DNA from: Planctomycetota bacterium
GTDB lineage: Bacteria; Planctomycetota; SZUA-567; H5-PLA8
NCBI GenBank assembly: GCA_038227875.1
Contig: JBBRPR010000041.1
Span: 1-64,000 of the forward strand
DNA length: 64,000 nucleotides
Reading direction: 5' to 3'
Shown: positions 36,900-47,169 of the stretch, piece after piece
Position numbering within the stretch: the first letter of the stretch is position 1
How the letters are laid out: each line of letters starts with the position of its first letter
Made by a program: the position numbers and the translations under genes
Notes under the pieces: model-generated
The model's input: the letters and a program-made list of their open reading frames with translations, nothing else
Databases searched by the model: none
Told to the model about the DNA's origin: nothing

Positions 36900-38447
36900 A
36901 TGCCAGTCCGCATCAGCAAGTTCATCAATGGTTACGTAACCCCCGAAGACGTCGGCCCCGACCTGAAAGTCCGCAAAGGTCTGCCGCCGTTCATGCTCAG
37001 CTTCACCAGCGATTACAAGCCGGTGATGACCTGGAACACCACGCGAACGTGCAACCTGCGCTGCATGCACTGCTACTCCGACAGCGAAACCAAAGCGTAC
37101 GCCAACGAACTCAACCACGAAGAAGCGATCAAGATGCTCGACGACATGGCCGAATACGGCGTGCCGATCCTGCTCTTCTCCGGCGGCGAGCCGCTGATGC
37201 GTAAACGCGTCTTCGAATTGATGGCCTACGCCCGCAAAATCGGCGTGCGGCCGACGCTCTCCACCAACGGCACGCTGATCTCCCGCCAAGTCGCGCAGAA
37301 CATGAAGAAGGCCGGCCTCGGCTACGCCGGCATCTCGATGGACGGCTACGGCGACACCAACGATAAGTTCCGCGGCAAGGTCGGCGCCTTCGAGGACATG
37401 GTTAAGGGCGTGGACAACTGCCTGGCCGAAGGTGTCAAAGTTTCGCTGCGCTTTACCGTCACGCAGCACAACGCGATGGACCTGCCGAAAGTCTTCGATT
37501 TCCTCGAACAGCGCAATCTGCCCCGCATGTGTGTCTACCATCTCGTCTATTCCGGCCGCGGCAGCGACATCGCCTCCGACGACGTGGAACGAAAGTTCAG
37601 CCGCACCGTTGTTGACCAGATCATTGACCGCGCGGAGTACTTCCACAAGAAGGGCTTCGAAAAGGATCTGCTCACGATCGACAACCATTGCGACGGCCCG
37701 TACCTGATCATCAAGCTGCGCGAACGCGGTCAGAAGAAGCTGGCCGACGACATTTACTCGCTGCTGCTCAAGCAGGGCGGCAACCGCAGCGGCATCGGAT
37801 TCGGCGACGTCGACAACCTCGGCAATGTCCACGCCGATCAGTTCAGCTGGGATTATTCCTGGGGCAACGTGAAGCAGAAGACGTTCCGCCAGATCTGGGA
37901 TAACGTCAGCGACGCCACGATCGCCGCGTACAAATACCGCCGCCCGCTGATCAAGGGCCGCTGCAGCAAGTGCCAGTTCTTCGAAATCTGCAACGGCAAC
38001 TTCCGCGCGCGCGCCCGCTACGCGACCGGCGACCTGTGGGAGAGCGATCCGGCCTGCTACCTGACCGACGCGGAAATCGGCGTCTACAAGGACGCGCAGG
38101 GCAAGTACCACAGCCACGATCCGAAGCTCGAAAACGAAGTCGAAACGCTGAAGCAGAAGGCGGAGCACTTCACCAAGCTGGGCATGAATGTCCCGCTGGC
38201 GATGGCCGCCGAAGCGACGGGCTGCCTGGCCGCGATTCCGAAGCAGGTCTCGGAAAATTACCTCGAGAAGGCCAAGACACTCGGCCCCATCGAAGCCGCG
38301 GAAGTCGCCGCCGATGAATTCACCAAGCCCGACCCCAAGCGCCTGGCCGAAGTTCAGAAGCTCAAGCCCGAAGCCTACGCTGATGCTGAAAAGGCCAAGG
38401 GCGTGAACCCGACGCTTGAAACGCTGACCGGCGCCGCCGGCGCGTGA
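36900..38447 (+). CDS. ahbC: Radical SAM/SPASM protein, AhbC/NirJ1-like (siroheme-dependent heme synthesis), with a C-terminal extension
   Basis: WNTTRTCNLRCMHCY, FSGGEPLMR, YHLVYSGRG, LTIDNHCDG, GNVHADQF, C..C.....CNGNFRARA, DPACYL. Confidence 0.8.
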   Translation: MPVRISKFINGYVTPEDVGPDLKVRKGLPPFMLSFTSDYKPVMTWNTTRTCNLRCMHCYSDSETKAYANELNHEEAIKMLDDMAEYGVPILLFSGGEPLMRKRVFELMAYARKIGVRPTLSTNGTLISRQVAQNMKKAGLGYAGISMDGYGDTNDKFRGKVGAFEDMVKGVDNCLAEGVKVSLRFTVTQHNAMDLPKVFDFLEQRNLPRMCVYHLVYSGRGSDIASDDVERKFSRTVVDQIIDRAEYFHKKGFEKDLLTIDNHCDGPYLIIKLRERGQKKLADDIYSLLLKQGGNRSGIGFGDVDNLGNVHADQFSWDYSWGNVKQKTFRQIWDNVSDATIAAYKYRRPLIKGRCSKCQFFEICNGNFRARARYATGDLWESDPACYLTDAEIGVYKDAQGKYHSHDPKLENEVETLKQKAEHFTKLGMNVPLAMAAEATGCLAAIPKQVSENYLEKAKTLGPIEAAEVAADEFTKPDPKRLAEVQKLKPEAYADAEKAKGVNPTLETLTGAAGA

Positions 38448-38454
38448 TTTTCTA

Positions 38455-38508
38455 GTGCCACGGATGCACAGACGCTTGAGCGTAGCTAAAGCGTCTGTTC
38501 ATCCGTGC
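38455..38508 (+). repeat. Single REP-like unit of the 9267 family
   Basis: GTGCCACGGATG CACAGACGCT TGAGCGTAGCTAA AGCGTCTGT TCATCCGTGC. Confidence 0.75.
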
Positions 38509-38550
38509 CTGCGCGTTTCTACTTTTCAAATACCGTACTGAAAGAATCCC

Positions 38551-39525
38551 GTGAGCGACGACACCCAATCCAATCCGCCACCGCCGCCCTTTCCGCTGGT
38601 CCAGATGCTTCTGGCAGCCGCGGCGATCATTGCAATTGCCGTCGGTCTTTATTTCGGGGTGCTCAAAGAAAAATCGGAAGCGAGTGACAGCGGCAGTGGC
38701 GGCGGCACGCCCGCCTTCACCGACCCTTCATCAGCGGCTGAACTTCAAATCAAAGCGACGCGTCCCGACGGCACGACCTCCTGGTCGGCGCTGGACGTTC
38801 CGGCCAAGCCCGCATTCTCGCCAGAAGTTGTGGCGCGCGGCAAAGACCTTTTCGCCAAAGCCTGCGTCGGTTGCCACGGTGCGGAAGGCAAGGGCAACGG
38901 AGTTGTGCCGACGCATTTCGATTTTCCATCGCTGCCTGCCGATCTGTCGCACCCGGCGGAGTCCGTGAAAATCCGCACGACACTGATGGGCTCCAACCCG
39001 CGCGAGACCGATCTCTTCCGCACGATTACGCGCGGATTGCCCGGCACTGCGATGTGGAGCTACCGCGACCTGCCCGCCGCTGATCGCTGGGCGCTGGTGG
39101 CGTACGTGAAAACGCTCTCCACCACTTACGGCCCCGACGAGCCGGAAGCCGTCGCGATTCCCGCCAAGTTGCCGCGCGATCAGGACATGCTCGACACGGG
39201 CGAGTATAAATTTGCCCGCGTCTGCGCCAACTGCCACGGCGCAACAGGGACCGGACCGGTCTCCGCTCCCATGAAGAATTCCGACTCCGGCAAGCCCTAT
39301 CCCGGAATCGCGTGGGCCCGCAATGGCGGCACGGAGATGCTCGGCGGAAATTCGGAAGAAGATTTCGCGCGCACGCTGCTGGCCGGCTTCCACAAGCGCA
39401 GCCCGATGCTGACCTTCAAAATCTATTTCTACGGCGGCGCCGACCCCACACCCGAACAAAAAATCGCCGGCGACCGGCTGCTGTGGGGCACGGTTTATTT
39501 CTGCCGCGATCTGCTGAAGAAGTAA
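38551..39525 (+). CDS. Membrane-anchored diheme cytochrome c
   Basis: N-terminal TM; CVGCH and CANCH; LFRTITRGLPGTAM. Confidence 0.88.
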   Translation: MSDDTQSNPPPPPFPLVQMLLAAAAIIAIAVGLYFGVLKEKSEASDSGSGGGTPAFTDPSSAAELQIKATRPDGTTSWSALDVPAKPAFSPEVVARGKDLFAKACVGCHGAEGKGNGVVPTHFDFPSLPADLSHPAESVKIRTTLMGSNPRETDLFRTITRGLPGTAMWSYRDLPAADRWALVAYVKTLSTTYGPDEPEAVAIPAKLPRDQDMLDTGEYKFARVCANCHGATGTGPVSAPMKNSDSGKPYPGIAWARNGGTEMLGGNSEEDFARTLLAGFHKRSPMLTFKIYFYGGADPTPEQKIAGDRLLWGTVYFCRDLLKK

Positions 39526-39562
39526 TCTAATTGGTGCGACGCGATTCGGTCACGCATGTCCA

Positions 39563-40741
39563 TCACTTCTCCGTCGTCGTCGTATCGATAAACACGTCCA
39601 CCTGTTGCCCAACGTAGACGTTCGACTCCGCCTTGATCCGGTAGATCGCCTGGAGCACGCGCGTGTCGACCAACTCCGTCTGGCTGTTGGTCAGAGAACG
39701 CTTGGGCGTGATGAACGGCTCGAGTCTCACGTACTCGATGGGAATCGGGTCGTTCGATCCTTTTAGGTACGCCGTCGCGGCCAAACCCGGGCGGAAGCGC
39801 GGCGCGTCGAATTCGTCGATGTCGACGCGGATGTGCAGCGGGCCGGCCGAACCGAGCACAATCGACGCCTTCTCCGCTTCATCGCGCGAGGCGGTCGCGT
39901 ACTCGCCTTCTTTCAAGTAGCAACTGTTGACCACGCCATCGCGCGGCGCGCGGACGGTGCGGCGCTCGATTTCGATCTCCAGTTTCGAGACCTGCGCCTT
40001 GGCTTGTTCGAGATCGGCCTTCGCCTTCGCGACGTTCGGCGCCCACTGACCGGCCAGGTACAGATCAAGATCGGCCTTCGCCTCGGCGACTTTTGACTCC
40101 GCGACTTTCTCCGCAGCCTTCCGTGATTCAACCAGGCTGCGTGAACTCGTCAGCTTTGCTTCCCCGGCCATCACTTGATAGCGCGCGCGGTCGAGATCGA
40201 ACTTCGTGGTCGCGGCGTGCTGGACGGTGTACTCGAACTGGATCACACGGTCCTGGTGATCTTTCAGATTCGCTTCGTCGACGAGGACATCGGCCTGAGC
40301 GGACAGCGTGTCGTGCTGCGCCTGGATCACGGCCGCACCGGTCTCGGCGACTTTCGCGCGCAGGCCGGGTTCTTCCTCTTTGCGGCGATAGGCGACGACC
40401 AGATCGAGCGCCGCCTGAAACTGCGCGACCTGCGCCTTGGCCGTCGTCAAATCCGCTTCAAAACTGCGCGTGTCGAGATTGAAGAGCGCGTCGCCCTTCT
40501 TCACTTTCTGACCGGGAACGACGTTTACCTTCATCACCAGTCCCGGATCGCTGACGCCGATGACGACATTTTCGCTCTCGGGTTCCACCAGCCCTGCGCC
40601 GGCAATGCCTTTTTCATAGGGGTTGCGCGGCGGCTTGTTCTTCAGCGGGACATTCGGTGGCGGCGCGCTGGCTTTCAGGGATTGAATCACAGCGAAGCCG
40701 ATACCGAGGATCGCGAGGACAATGATGACCCATTTTAACAT
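39563..40741 (-). CDS. HlyD/DevB-like periplasmic adaptor (membrane fusion protein)
   Basis: GAGLVEP, VKKGD.LF.LD, coiled coil, VRAP.DG, VDTRVLQ, VGQQVDVFI. Confidence 0.88.
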   Translation of the reverse strand: MLKWVIIVLAILGIGFAVIQSLKASAPPPNVPLKNKPPRNPYEKGIAGAGLVEPESENVVIGVSDPGLVMKVNVVPGQKVKKGDALFNLDTRSFEADLTTAKAQVAQFQAALDLVVAYRRKEEEPGLRAKVAETGAAVIQAQHDTLSAQADVLVDEANLKDHQDRVIQFEYTVQHAATTKFDLDRARYQVMAGEAKLTSSRSLVESRKAAEKVAESKVAEAKADLDLYLAGQWAPNVAKAKADLEQAKAQVSKLEIEIERRTVRAPRDGVVNSCYLKEGEYATASRDEAEKASIVLGSAGPLHIRVDIDEFDAPRFRPGLAATAYLKGSNDPIPIEYVRLEPFITPKRSLTNSQTELVDTRVLQAIYRIKAESNVYVGQQVDVFIDTTTTEK

Positions 40742-40762
40742 CGTACGGCTCCCAACACTTTC

Positions 40763-41887
40763 TTACCGGAAGACAATCGCCGGTTCGATTCTTAACACCC
40801 GGATGATGCTGATCATCGCCGCGAAAAGCACGGTGAGGATAGTGAGCACAAATGACAACGCGAGCAGATGCGGTGTGATCATGAACGCGAGCACCGCGCG
40901 TGGGCCGGCGTTGGCGCCCGAGAGCGCCGCCAGTCCCGTTCCCAGGCCCCAGCCCAGCAGCCCGACGACCAGCGCCTGCAGCAGCACCATTCGTACCAGC
41001 TTGGCGTTGTTGACGCCCATGGCTTTCAGCGCGCCGAAATGCTTGGTGTTCTCAACGACAAACGTGAAAAACGTCTGACCGGCGATGGCGATGCCAACGA
41101 TCAGGCCGAGCAACGCGGTGATGCCTATGTTGATCGGGATGGCCGTGTTCTTGAACCAGTACGAAATCGTCGCCCAGAAAAACTCGCTCGACGTCTTCGC
41201 GCCGAGGCTGGTGGTCTCTTCAATCCGCGCTGCGACGACTTTGGGGTCGGCGCCGGGCTTGACCTTCACCAGCACAAACGTGAGCCGGTTGCGCTCACCG
41301 GGCGCGTACTGCAGCGCGCGTTCGTAGGTCGTATAAATGATCGGCCCGCTCGAGAACGACTTCGGTCCCATCGGCAACCCGGTGACAACCGCGCGCCGGT
41401 CGTTGATCTCCAGGACCTGTCCCACGGCGACGTTTTTGTAGATGGAAACGTTCTGATTGTCCCAGAGCACGCCGTCGGGTTGTTCGATGCCCTCGACGGA
41501 ACCCGCTTCGAATTCCGGCGGAACGCCCAATTTTGAGAAGCGGTCCACGCCGATGATCGTCGCCGCCGCGTACGTGCCGTTGGGCAACTTCGCTGTGCTT
41601 CCGCCGAGAAACAACCGCTCCGCCCATTCCACGCCCGGCACGCCGCGCACGCGCTGCAGCGCGGTGCTTTCGATCGCTTTGCGTTCTTCGTAATAACGCG
41701 TGGCCGGATGCATCACCCAGATGTCGACCTGCGGCAACCGTTCCACATTCGCTGCCGTGCGTCGCATCAGCCCGGTGAAAATGGAGCCCTGCTGCACGAT
41801 CAACGTCGTCGAGAATGTGAGACCAAACACGAGCGCCAGGAACTTGGTCGTGTCGCCGATCAGCATGCGTAGGGCGATGTAATACAT
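40763..41887 (-). CDS. ABC transporter permease (DevC/FtsX-like)
   Basis: IALRML.GD..K, QQGSIF.GLM, FGALKAMG, EPAIVFR. Confidence 0.88.
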   Translation of the reverse strand: MYYIALRMLIGDTTKFLALVFGLTFSTTLIVQQGSIFTGLMRRTAANVERLPQVDIWVMHPATRYYEERKAIESTALQRVRGVPGVEWAERLFLGGSTAKLPNGTYAAATIIGVDRFSKLGVPPEFEAGSVEGIEQPDGVLWDNQNVSIYKNVAVGQVLEINDRRAVVTGLPMGPKSFSSGPIIYTTYERALQYAPGERNRLTFVLVKVKPGADPKVVAARIEETTSLGAKTSSEFFWATISYWFKNTAIPINIGITALLGLIVGIAIAGQTFFTFVVENTKHFGALKAMGVNNAKLVRMVLLQALVVGLLGWGLGTGLAALSGANAGPRAVLAFMITPHLLALSFVLTILTVLFAAMISIIRVLRIEPAIVFR

Positions 41888-41947
41888 AACGAACACAATC
41901 TTAGAGGGAAGTGCCTGGTTCGACAGTGAATCGCAATCCCCACGGTC

Positions 41948-42988
41948 TCACGGGAAGAGGGGATCGTCAAAGAGCGTCTGTTCGCCCGGCCGGCGGAACG
42001 TTGTACTTTCCATCGTGTGCACATCCTTCTCGCGCGTTGAATTCATGCCGAGTTTTTTGCAGGTGAGTTGGAATAGCCAGTCGATCGCTTCCCAGCGTTC
42101 GCCGCTGCCTTTGCCGCGGGTGCCGAACTCGCTCTGGTAGAGCTTGCCGTCGCGCATTTCGCGTACGGCATTTTCGACTTTCTGTGCGCGGTCGGGATAC
42201 GCGGCGCTCAGGCGTTCGAAAAAAACCGGCTTCACTTCCGACGGCAGCCGCAGCATTACGCGGAAAGCCCGGCGCGCTCCGGCGGCGTGCGCGCGTTCGA
42301 GAATTTCGGCGATCTGGCTGTCGTTCAAGCCGGGAATAATCGGCGCGATCGCCACGCCGACGGGAATCCCCGCGTCGCTCAGCGCTTTCATCGCGTCCAG
42401 CCGCGTCTGCGGCGTCGGCGCGCCGGGCTCAATCAAGCGCGCCATCTTTGCGTCGGCGAAGGCGATGCTGAAATGCACGACCACGTTTGAAACTTTCAAC
42501 ATTTGCGCGAGCACATCGATGTCGCGGCGGATAATCGCCGACTTGGTGATGATGCCGACCGGGTTGCGAAAATCCCGGCAGACTTCCAGGCAGCCGCGCG
42601 TGAGCCGGTATGACGCTTCCAGCGGCTGGTAACAATCGGTGTTGCCGGAGAAGACGACCAACTCGCCGGCCCACGATTTTTTCTGGAACGCCTCGCGCAG
42701 TTTTTCGACCGCGTTGACTTTGACGATGATCTTCCGTTCAAAATCCGTGCCTGCGCCAAAGTCCCAATACTGATGCGACGGCCGCGCGTAGCAGTACGCG
42801 CACGCGTGATGGCAGCCGCGGTACGGATTGAGACTGAAGCGGAAGCCGAGGTCCGGGCTGTTATTCTCCGAGAGCACCGACTTGGCGTGCTCTTCGTAGA
42901 TCTCCTGCTGCGCGTCCGGCGGAGCATCGATCCACTCGGTCTGAACATCGTTCCACGCGTGGGGCGGATTGGAAATGAGCTTTAGCAT
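41948..42988 (-). CDS. PA0069/Rv2578c-family radical SAM protein (SplB-like)
   Basis: N.SPDLGF.FSLNPYRGCHHACAYCYARPSH, DFERKI.VK, NTDCYQP.E. Confidence 0.9.
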   Translation of the reverse strand: MLKLISNPPHAWNDVQTEWIDAPPDAQQEIYEEHAKSVLSENNSPDLGFRFSLNPYRGCHHACAYCYARPSHQYWDFGAGTDFERKIIVKVNAVEKLREAFQKKSWAGELVVFSGNTDCYQPLEASYRLTRGCLEVCRDFRNPVGIITKSAIIRRDIDVLAQMLKVSNVVVHFSIAFADAKMARLIEPGAPTPQTRLDAMKALSDAGIPVGVAIAPIIPGLNDSQIAEILERAHAAGARRAFRVMLRLPSEVKPVFFERLSAAYPDRAQKVENAVREMRDGKLYQSEFGTRGKGSGERWEAIDWLFQLTCKKLGMNSTREKDVHTMESTTFRRPGEQTLFDDPLFP

Positions 42989-42990
42989 CG

Positions 42991-43010
42991 CACCCTAACG
43001 TATACCGAAC
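42991..43010 (-). promoter_or_regulatory. Candidate LexA operator / -10 region
   Basis: CACCCTAACgtatacCGAAC resembles the lexA upstream sequence CACCCTAAC...CTAACattatcCTAAA. Confidence 0.4.
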
Positions 43011-43036
43011 GTGCGAGGCGAAGTAAAGCGCGATTG

Positions 43037-44488
43037 CTACGCGCTTCCTTTCGCGGGCAGCACGCCGGGCCGGCGATCATTCTCGCGACGCCGAGCATCC
43101 ATCGCGCGCAGGCGTTCAAACGCGTCTTTGTAACCGATGTCCTTTCCGATCACCGCCAGGTACGCGGCGGTCGCGCCCTTCTCGTCGTCCAGTCGTTCGC
43201 GAACAATGCCGAGCAGGTAATGCGCTTCGAGAAAAAGAGCAGGCTCCTTCTTCGCGCTATCGGCGGAAAGTTGCGCGATGAATCCGGCCAGCACGACTTC
43301 CGCCGCGCCGGGCAGCGCGATGGCGAGAAAACATTCAGCCAGCATCAGCCGCGCGCGGTGGCCGTGCTCGTCCTGCTTGAAGTCGAATTGGAATTGAACG
43401 ATCGCCTCTTTCAGAGTCGCTTCGTCGTTGCTCCGTTTCCAGCGCGCGAACAACGCTTCGCCGTAGCGCAGATGAAGTTCACCGTCGGACGGCGCGCGGC
43501 GCACGAGACTGGAGTAGGACGACCACGCGAACTCGTCGCGTTCGCGCTCCAGTTCCAGAATTTCCGCGCGCAACGCGGGCGTGCGCACGGCCTCGGAGCG
43601 GCGCTTTTCGAGATTCGCCGCGCGCTTGCTCCATCCAATCTCGACGGCGCGCCGCGCCAGGTCGAGCGGGTTGCCGGCGCGCGGTTCGACCTCGGCGAGC
43701 ATTGCCAGCGCCGCATCGAAGCGCTGCGACTTCAACAGCAACTCCGCAAGACGCAACGCCGCGGCGATCAGCTTGCCAGGCTCGGCATTCTTCTCCGCGA
43801 TGGCCGCTTCCAGTGCGGCGAGTTCTTCGCTGTCGCGTTCGGCTGGCGCTTTCGTCGCCAGCGCGATGCTCTGCGCGGTGGCGAGGGTAAATGCCTTGTC
43901 GTGTTTCAAGAATGCTTCGGAGGCCTGCGTGGCGGAGGCATCCTTGATCAATTGGATCACATCCTTGGGCGTGGCCGGATCGTGTTGAAACTCCGCGAGT
44001 ACCGCCAGCGCTTCAGCATGGCGCTTGAGCGCGTATTGCGAACGGCCGAGCGCGAATTTAATTTCGCGCTGCAGCTTGTTTCCGGCAGCGCGCAGATTCG
44101 GGCTGTGCTTCAACACATCACTGAGCGCCGAGACGGCAAGTCCATGCCACTGCGCCAGCGCGGCGGCTTTCCCCATTTTATGAAGCGCATCGAGATCGAA
44201 CGGATTTTCTTTCAGGCGCTCCAGCGACGCTTCGAGAATCTTGAGCGGCGCTTGAGCAGGCAGCAGGCGATTGATGTTGAGCGCGCCATCGGCAGAAACG
44301 TCCACGACTTTCGGCGGCGTCCGCATCGCACCGCGACTGCGCTGCAGGTATTCATCGAGCACCGTGGCCGGATCGGCAGGATTGGCCGTGATGCTCAGCG
44401 CATAATACGTGTGCATCGCCGCAAGATTGCTTTGCCGCGCGGCTGCGCGAGCGCGATCGAGAAACGATTCGGGATTGGCGTCAGGCAT
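43037..44488 (-). CDS. TPR-like all-helical hypothetical protein
   Basis: Ala/Leu-rich helical repeats; C-terminal AHYLLG..RE...A...Y...DIGYKDA..RL. Confidence 0.7.
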   Translation of the reverse strand: MPDANPESFLDRARAAARQSNLAAMHTYYALSITANPADPATVLDEYLQRSRGAMRTPPKVVDVSADGALNINRLLPAQAPLKILEASLERLKENPFDLDALHKMGKAAALAQWHGLAVSALSDVLKHSPNLRAAGNKLQREIKFALGRSQYALKRHAEALAVLAEFQHDPATPKDVIQLIKDASATQASEAFLKHDKAFTLATAQSIALATKAPAERDSEELAALEAAIAEKNAEPGKLIAAALRLAELLLKSQRFDAALAMLAEVEPRAGNPLDLARRAVEIGWSKRAANLEKRRSEAVRTPALRAEILELERERDEFAWSSYSSLVRRAPSDGELHLRYGEALFARWKRSNDEATLKEAIVQFQFDFKQDEHGHRARLMLAECFLAIALPGAAEVVLAGFIAQLSADSAKKEPALFLEAHYLLGIVRERLDDEKGATAAYLAVIGKDIGYKDAFERLRAMDARRRENDRRPGVLPAKGSA

Positions 44489-44575
44489 GGGACCTCCGGG
44501 GGAGGCGCGGGCGCGGGGACTCTTATATATGGAGGAACTGCTGACGAGTGCGCGGGGTCACGCGACTGCGGTATG

Positions 44576-45406
44576 CTACTTCCGCGCCGACACCGCCAGG
44601 CTCGTAATATAATCCGCTGGCGTTTCGCCCTTCGGCAGAAGCTGCAGCATCTCCGCGTAGAGCGGGTCATTGAGGTTGGCCATCGCGGTGACGTAGTCGG
44701 ATTTGGGCGTGAGCGCGATGTCGGTAAAACCGGCGTCCATGACCATCGTCAGCGTCTCGTCAACCAGCGCGGCGCCGGAGACGCAGCCGATCAACGCTTC
44801 GACCATGCCGATCACTTCGACCGGCAGCGGTTTGTAGAGGGCCATATCGGAGATCGCGATGCGGCCGCCGGGCTTCAGCACGCGGTGGATTTCGCGCCAG
44901 ACTTGCGGCTTGTCGGGCGACAAGTTGAGCACACAGTTGGAGATCACCACGTCGACACTGTTGTCGGCGACGGGCAGGTGTTCGATTTCGCCGAGCCGGA
45001 ATTCGACATTCGTCAGTCCGGACCGCGCCGTGTACTTTTCCGTGTTGCGCCGCGCCTTACCGATCATCTCGGCGGTCATGTCGACGCCGATCACGCGGCC
45101 GGCCGCGCCAACCTTCGTGCCGGCGATGAACACATCGAAGCCGCCGCCGCTGCCCAGATCGAGCACCACTTCGCCGGGTTGCAGCGATGCGATCGCCGCG
45201 GGGTTGCCACACGAAAGGCCCATGTTCGCGCCGTCCGGCACGGCGGCCAGTTGCTCGGCGCTGTAGCCGATCTGTTCAGCCAGCTTCGCGGCGTCCTCCG
45301 GAGATGATCCGCAGCACGAGACTCCGCTACAGCACCCCGAACTGGTTTTCACCGCAATCGCGCTGTAGCCTTCGCGAACTTTTTCACGGACGTCGTCGGT
45401 CGGCAT
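44576..45406 (-). CDS. arsM: Arsenite methyltransferase
   Basis: VREGY, CC motifs, GLSCGNP, LDLGSGGGFD, GVDMT.EMI.KAR, GEIEHLP, SNCVLNLSPDK, GCVSGA. Confidence 0.9.
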   Translation of the reverse strand: MPTDDVREKVREGYSAIAVKTSSGCCSGVSCCGSSPEDAAKLAEQIGYSAEQLAAVPDGANMGLSCGNPAAIASLQPGEVVLDLGSGGGFDVFIAGTKVGAAGRVIGVDMTAEMIGKARRNTEKYTARSGLTNVEFRLGEIEHLPVADNSVDVVISNCVLNLSPDKPQVWREIHRVLKPGGRIAISDMALYKPLPVEVIGMVEALIGCVSGAALVDETLTMVMDAGFTDIALTPKSDYVTAMANLNDPLYAEMLQLLPKGETPADYITSLAVSARK

Positions 45407-45445
45407 CGGTTTTCCATCTCCGGTTAACACGAGAATGTTACGACG

Positions 45446-45769
45446 TCAGTCTTCCCATTCAACGTCAACGTTGTCCGACCATAACGCGCCGCCGCAGCGC
45501 AGCCACGCGCAGCGCTGGTGTCCGCGCGCGTCGGCGACGACCACGCGGTAAATATTCTGGCTCTTAGATTTGAGCCAGTACGGTCCCATGCGAAGCCACG
45601 GTTTCTCGCATTCAACGATGTGATAGCCCGATTGCTCAGCCCACAGGTCGACCAGCCCGCGCAATCGCTCCTGACGTTTGATGTCGTAAAAAATCACGAC
45701 GAACACTATGGCGCCGAATGCGCCGATTATTGAAAGAGCCGCAAGAGCATCCATGACATCGTCCTCCAC
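45446..45769 (-). CDS. Small membrane-anchored hypothetical protein
   Basis: N-terminal TM; GPYW...Q.IYRV.V.D..G..R.AWLRCGG. Confidence 0.7.
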   Translation of the reverse strand: MEDDVMDALAALSIIGAFGAIVFVVIFYDIKRQERLRGLVDLWAEQSGYHIVECEKPWLRMGPYWLKSKSQNIYRVVVADARGHQRCAWLRCGGALWSDNVDVEWED

Positions 45770-45781
45770 CTTCAGGACGGC

Positions 45782-45807
45782 AACTCAAAACTCATCACTC
45801 AAAACTA
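45782..45807. repeat. Heptamer tandem repeat AACTCAA, about 4 units
   Basis: aactcaa aactcat cactcaa aacta. Confidence 0.65.
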
Positions 45808-45812
45808 TCCCT

Positions 45813-47027
45813 TCACCCTCGTCGCCCCTTGATGAAATCCATTATACCACACGCCGCGCGGTCGCTGGCGCCGGGGCCTCCGAGTTTCTTTGGTAATTCC
45901 GCCAGCGCCGCGCGCTGCTGCTCGCGGTACTTTTCGTCGGTGAGTCCGCGTTCGATTTCCGCGGCGATGCGCGCCGGGTTCACGTCCTCCTGCAAAAGTT
46001 CCGGAACCGCGTAACGGCCGAGGACAATGTTGACCAGCGAGAAGACGGGAATATTCACGAGCTGATGCGCGATAGCATAACTGGCCCAACTGCCGCGGTA
46101 GAGCACGCAGAGCGGGTTGCCGGCGAGGCCGGCTTCGAGCGTACTGGTGCCGGACTTCACGACCGAAAAGTCCGCCGCGCCGGGTAAGAGCGACGCGTGG
46201 CCGACTGGAGTTTCGTTCACCGCGGCGAGCGCGCGCAGTTCCGGTTCGCCAGCGCCAGTGATCGCGATGCGTGTTTCGGGAAGTTGCTTTGGCGGCGCGT
46301 AGCTCAGTTCGAATTTCTGCGCGTCCGCTGTGATCGTCGTTCCCGCCGTGATGCCTTTGGGCAGCGACAGGACGCCGCGCAGATTCTGCAACTTCGCCGC
46401 CGCCAGATTGAATCCTTCGCACAGCGGCCGGATGTGTTCGTTGAATTCTCCGGAGCGCGATCCGGGCAACAACGCCACGGTTTTGCGATCGGAGGGGAAT
46501 TCCAGGCGCGGCGGAACGACGTATTTGTGGTCGACCAGCGGATGGCCAACGAATGTCGTCTTGAGGCCATACTGTTCAAAAAAGGGAGGTTCAAAATCGA
46601 AGACGCAGAACGCCTGGTCGACTATCCGCGCCATTTTTTTTGCGCGCTTGGGTTTCCACGCCCAGACCTGCGGCACGATGTAATAGAGTACGGGGATGCC
46701 GAGCTTTTTGACTTTTTCGGCGAAGCGGAGATTGAAGCCGGGGTAGTCGATGCAGATCAGCGCATCGGGGCGTTCCTGTTTGAGCCTGTCCAACAATTGG
46801 TCGCCGACGCTGACGAAGAAATTGTAGTGCTTGGCCACTTCCCAGAAGCCGACGACTTGCATGCCATCGAGATTCTTGGCGACATCCAAACCCGCCGCCG
46901 CCATGGCTTTTCCACCCATGCCGACGAAGCGCACGGTGGGTTCGACGCGGCGGATTGCCTGCATCAGCTTGGAGGCGTGGAGATCGCCCGAAGCTTCTCC
47001 CGCCAGAATGAAAAAGGTGTAGGCCAT
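45813..47027 (-). CDS. lpxB: Lipid-A-disaccharide synthase
   Basis: AGEASGDLH, IDYPGFN, PQVWAWK, FVGHPL, LLPGSR, SGT.TLE, L.NI, PELLQ. Confidence 0.95.
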   Translation of the reverse strand: MAYTFFILAGEASGDLHASKLMQAIRRVEPTVRFVGMGGKAMAAAGLDVAKNLDGMQVVGFWEVAKHYNFFVSVGDQLLDRLKQERPDALICIDYPGFNLRFAEKVKKLGIPVLYYIVPQVWAWKPKRAKKMARIVDQAFCVFDFEPPFFEQYGLKTTFVGHPLVDHKYVVPPRLEFPSDRKTVALLPGSRSGEFNEHIRPLCEGFNLAAAKLQNLRGVLSLPKGITAGTTITADAQKFELSYAPPKQLPETRIAITGAGEPELRALAAVNETPVGHASLLPGAADFSVVKSGTSTLEAGLAGNPLCVLYRGSWASYAIAHQLVNIPVFSLVNIVLGRYAVPELLQEDVNPARIAAEIERGLTDEKYREQQRAALAELPKKLGGPGASDRAACGIMDFIKGRRG

Positions 47028-47169
47028 GAATGCACGCAGTATGGACCAGACGCCACACCGCCTCAAGCGACCTTCAGGGCAGCTGGCCTGAATGACATGC
47101 AGAAGTGATCGAGCGGCCGAATTTTTGCTTTAAGGCCCATCGGACCCAAAAAGATGGTAAAATGAAACT

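Noticed and set aside
43034..45307. 757-aa plus-strand ORF
   Set aside because: Antisense shadow of the TPR and arsM genes in high-GC DNA; no recognisable motifs.
44576..45406. Selenocysteine-containing ArsM, given that selB is present
   Set aside because: The ORF is uninterrupted; catalytic positions are Cys codons and there is no in-frame TGA.
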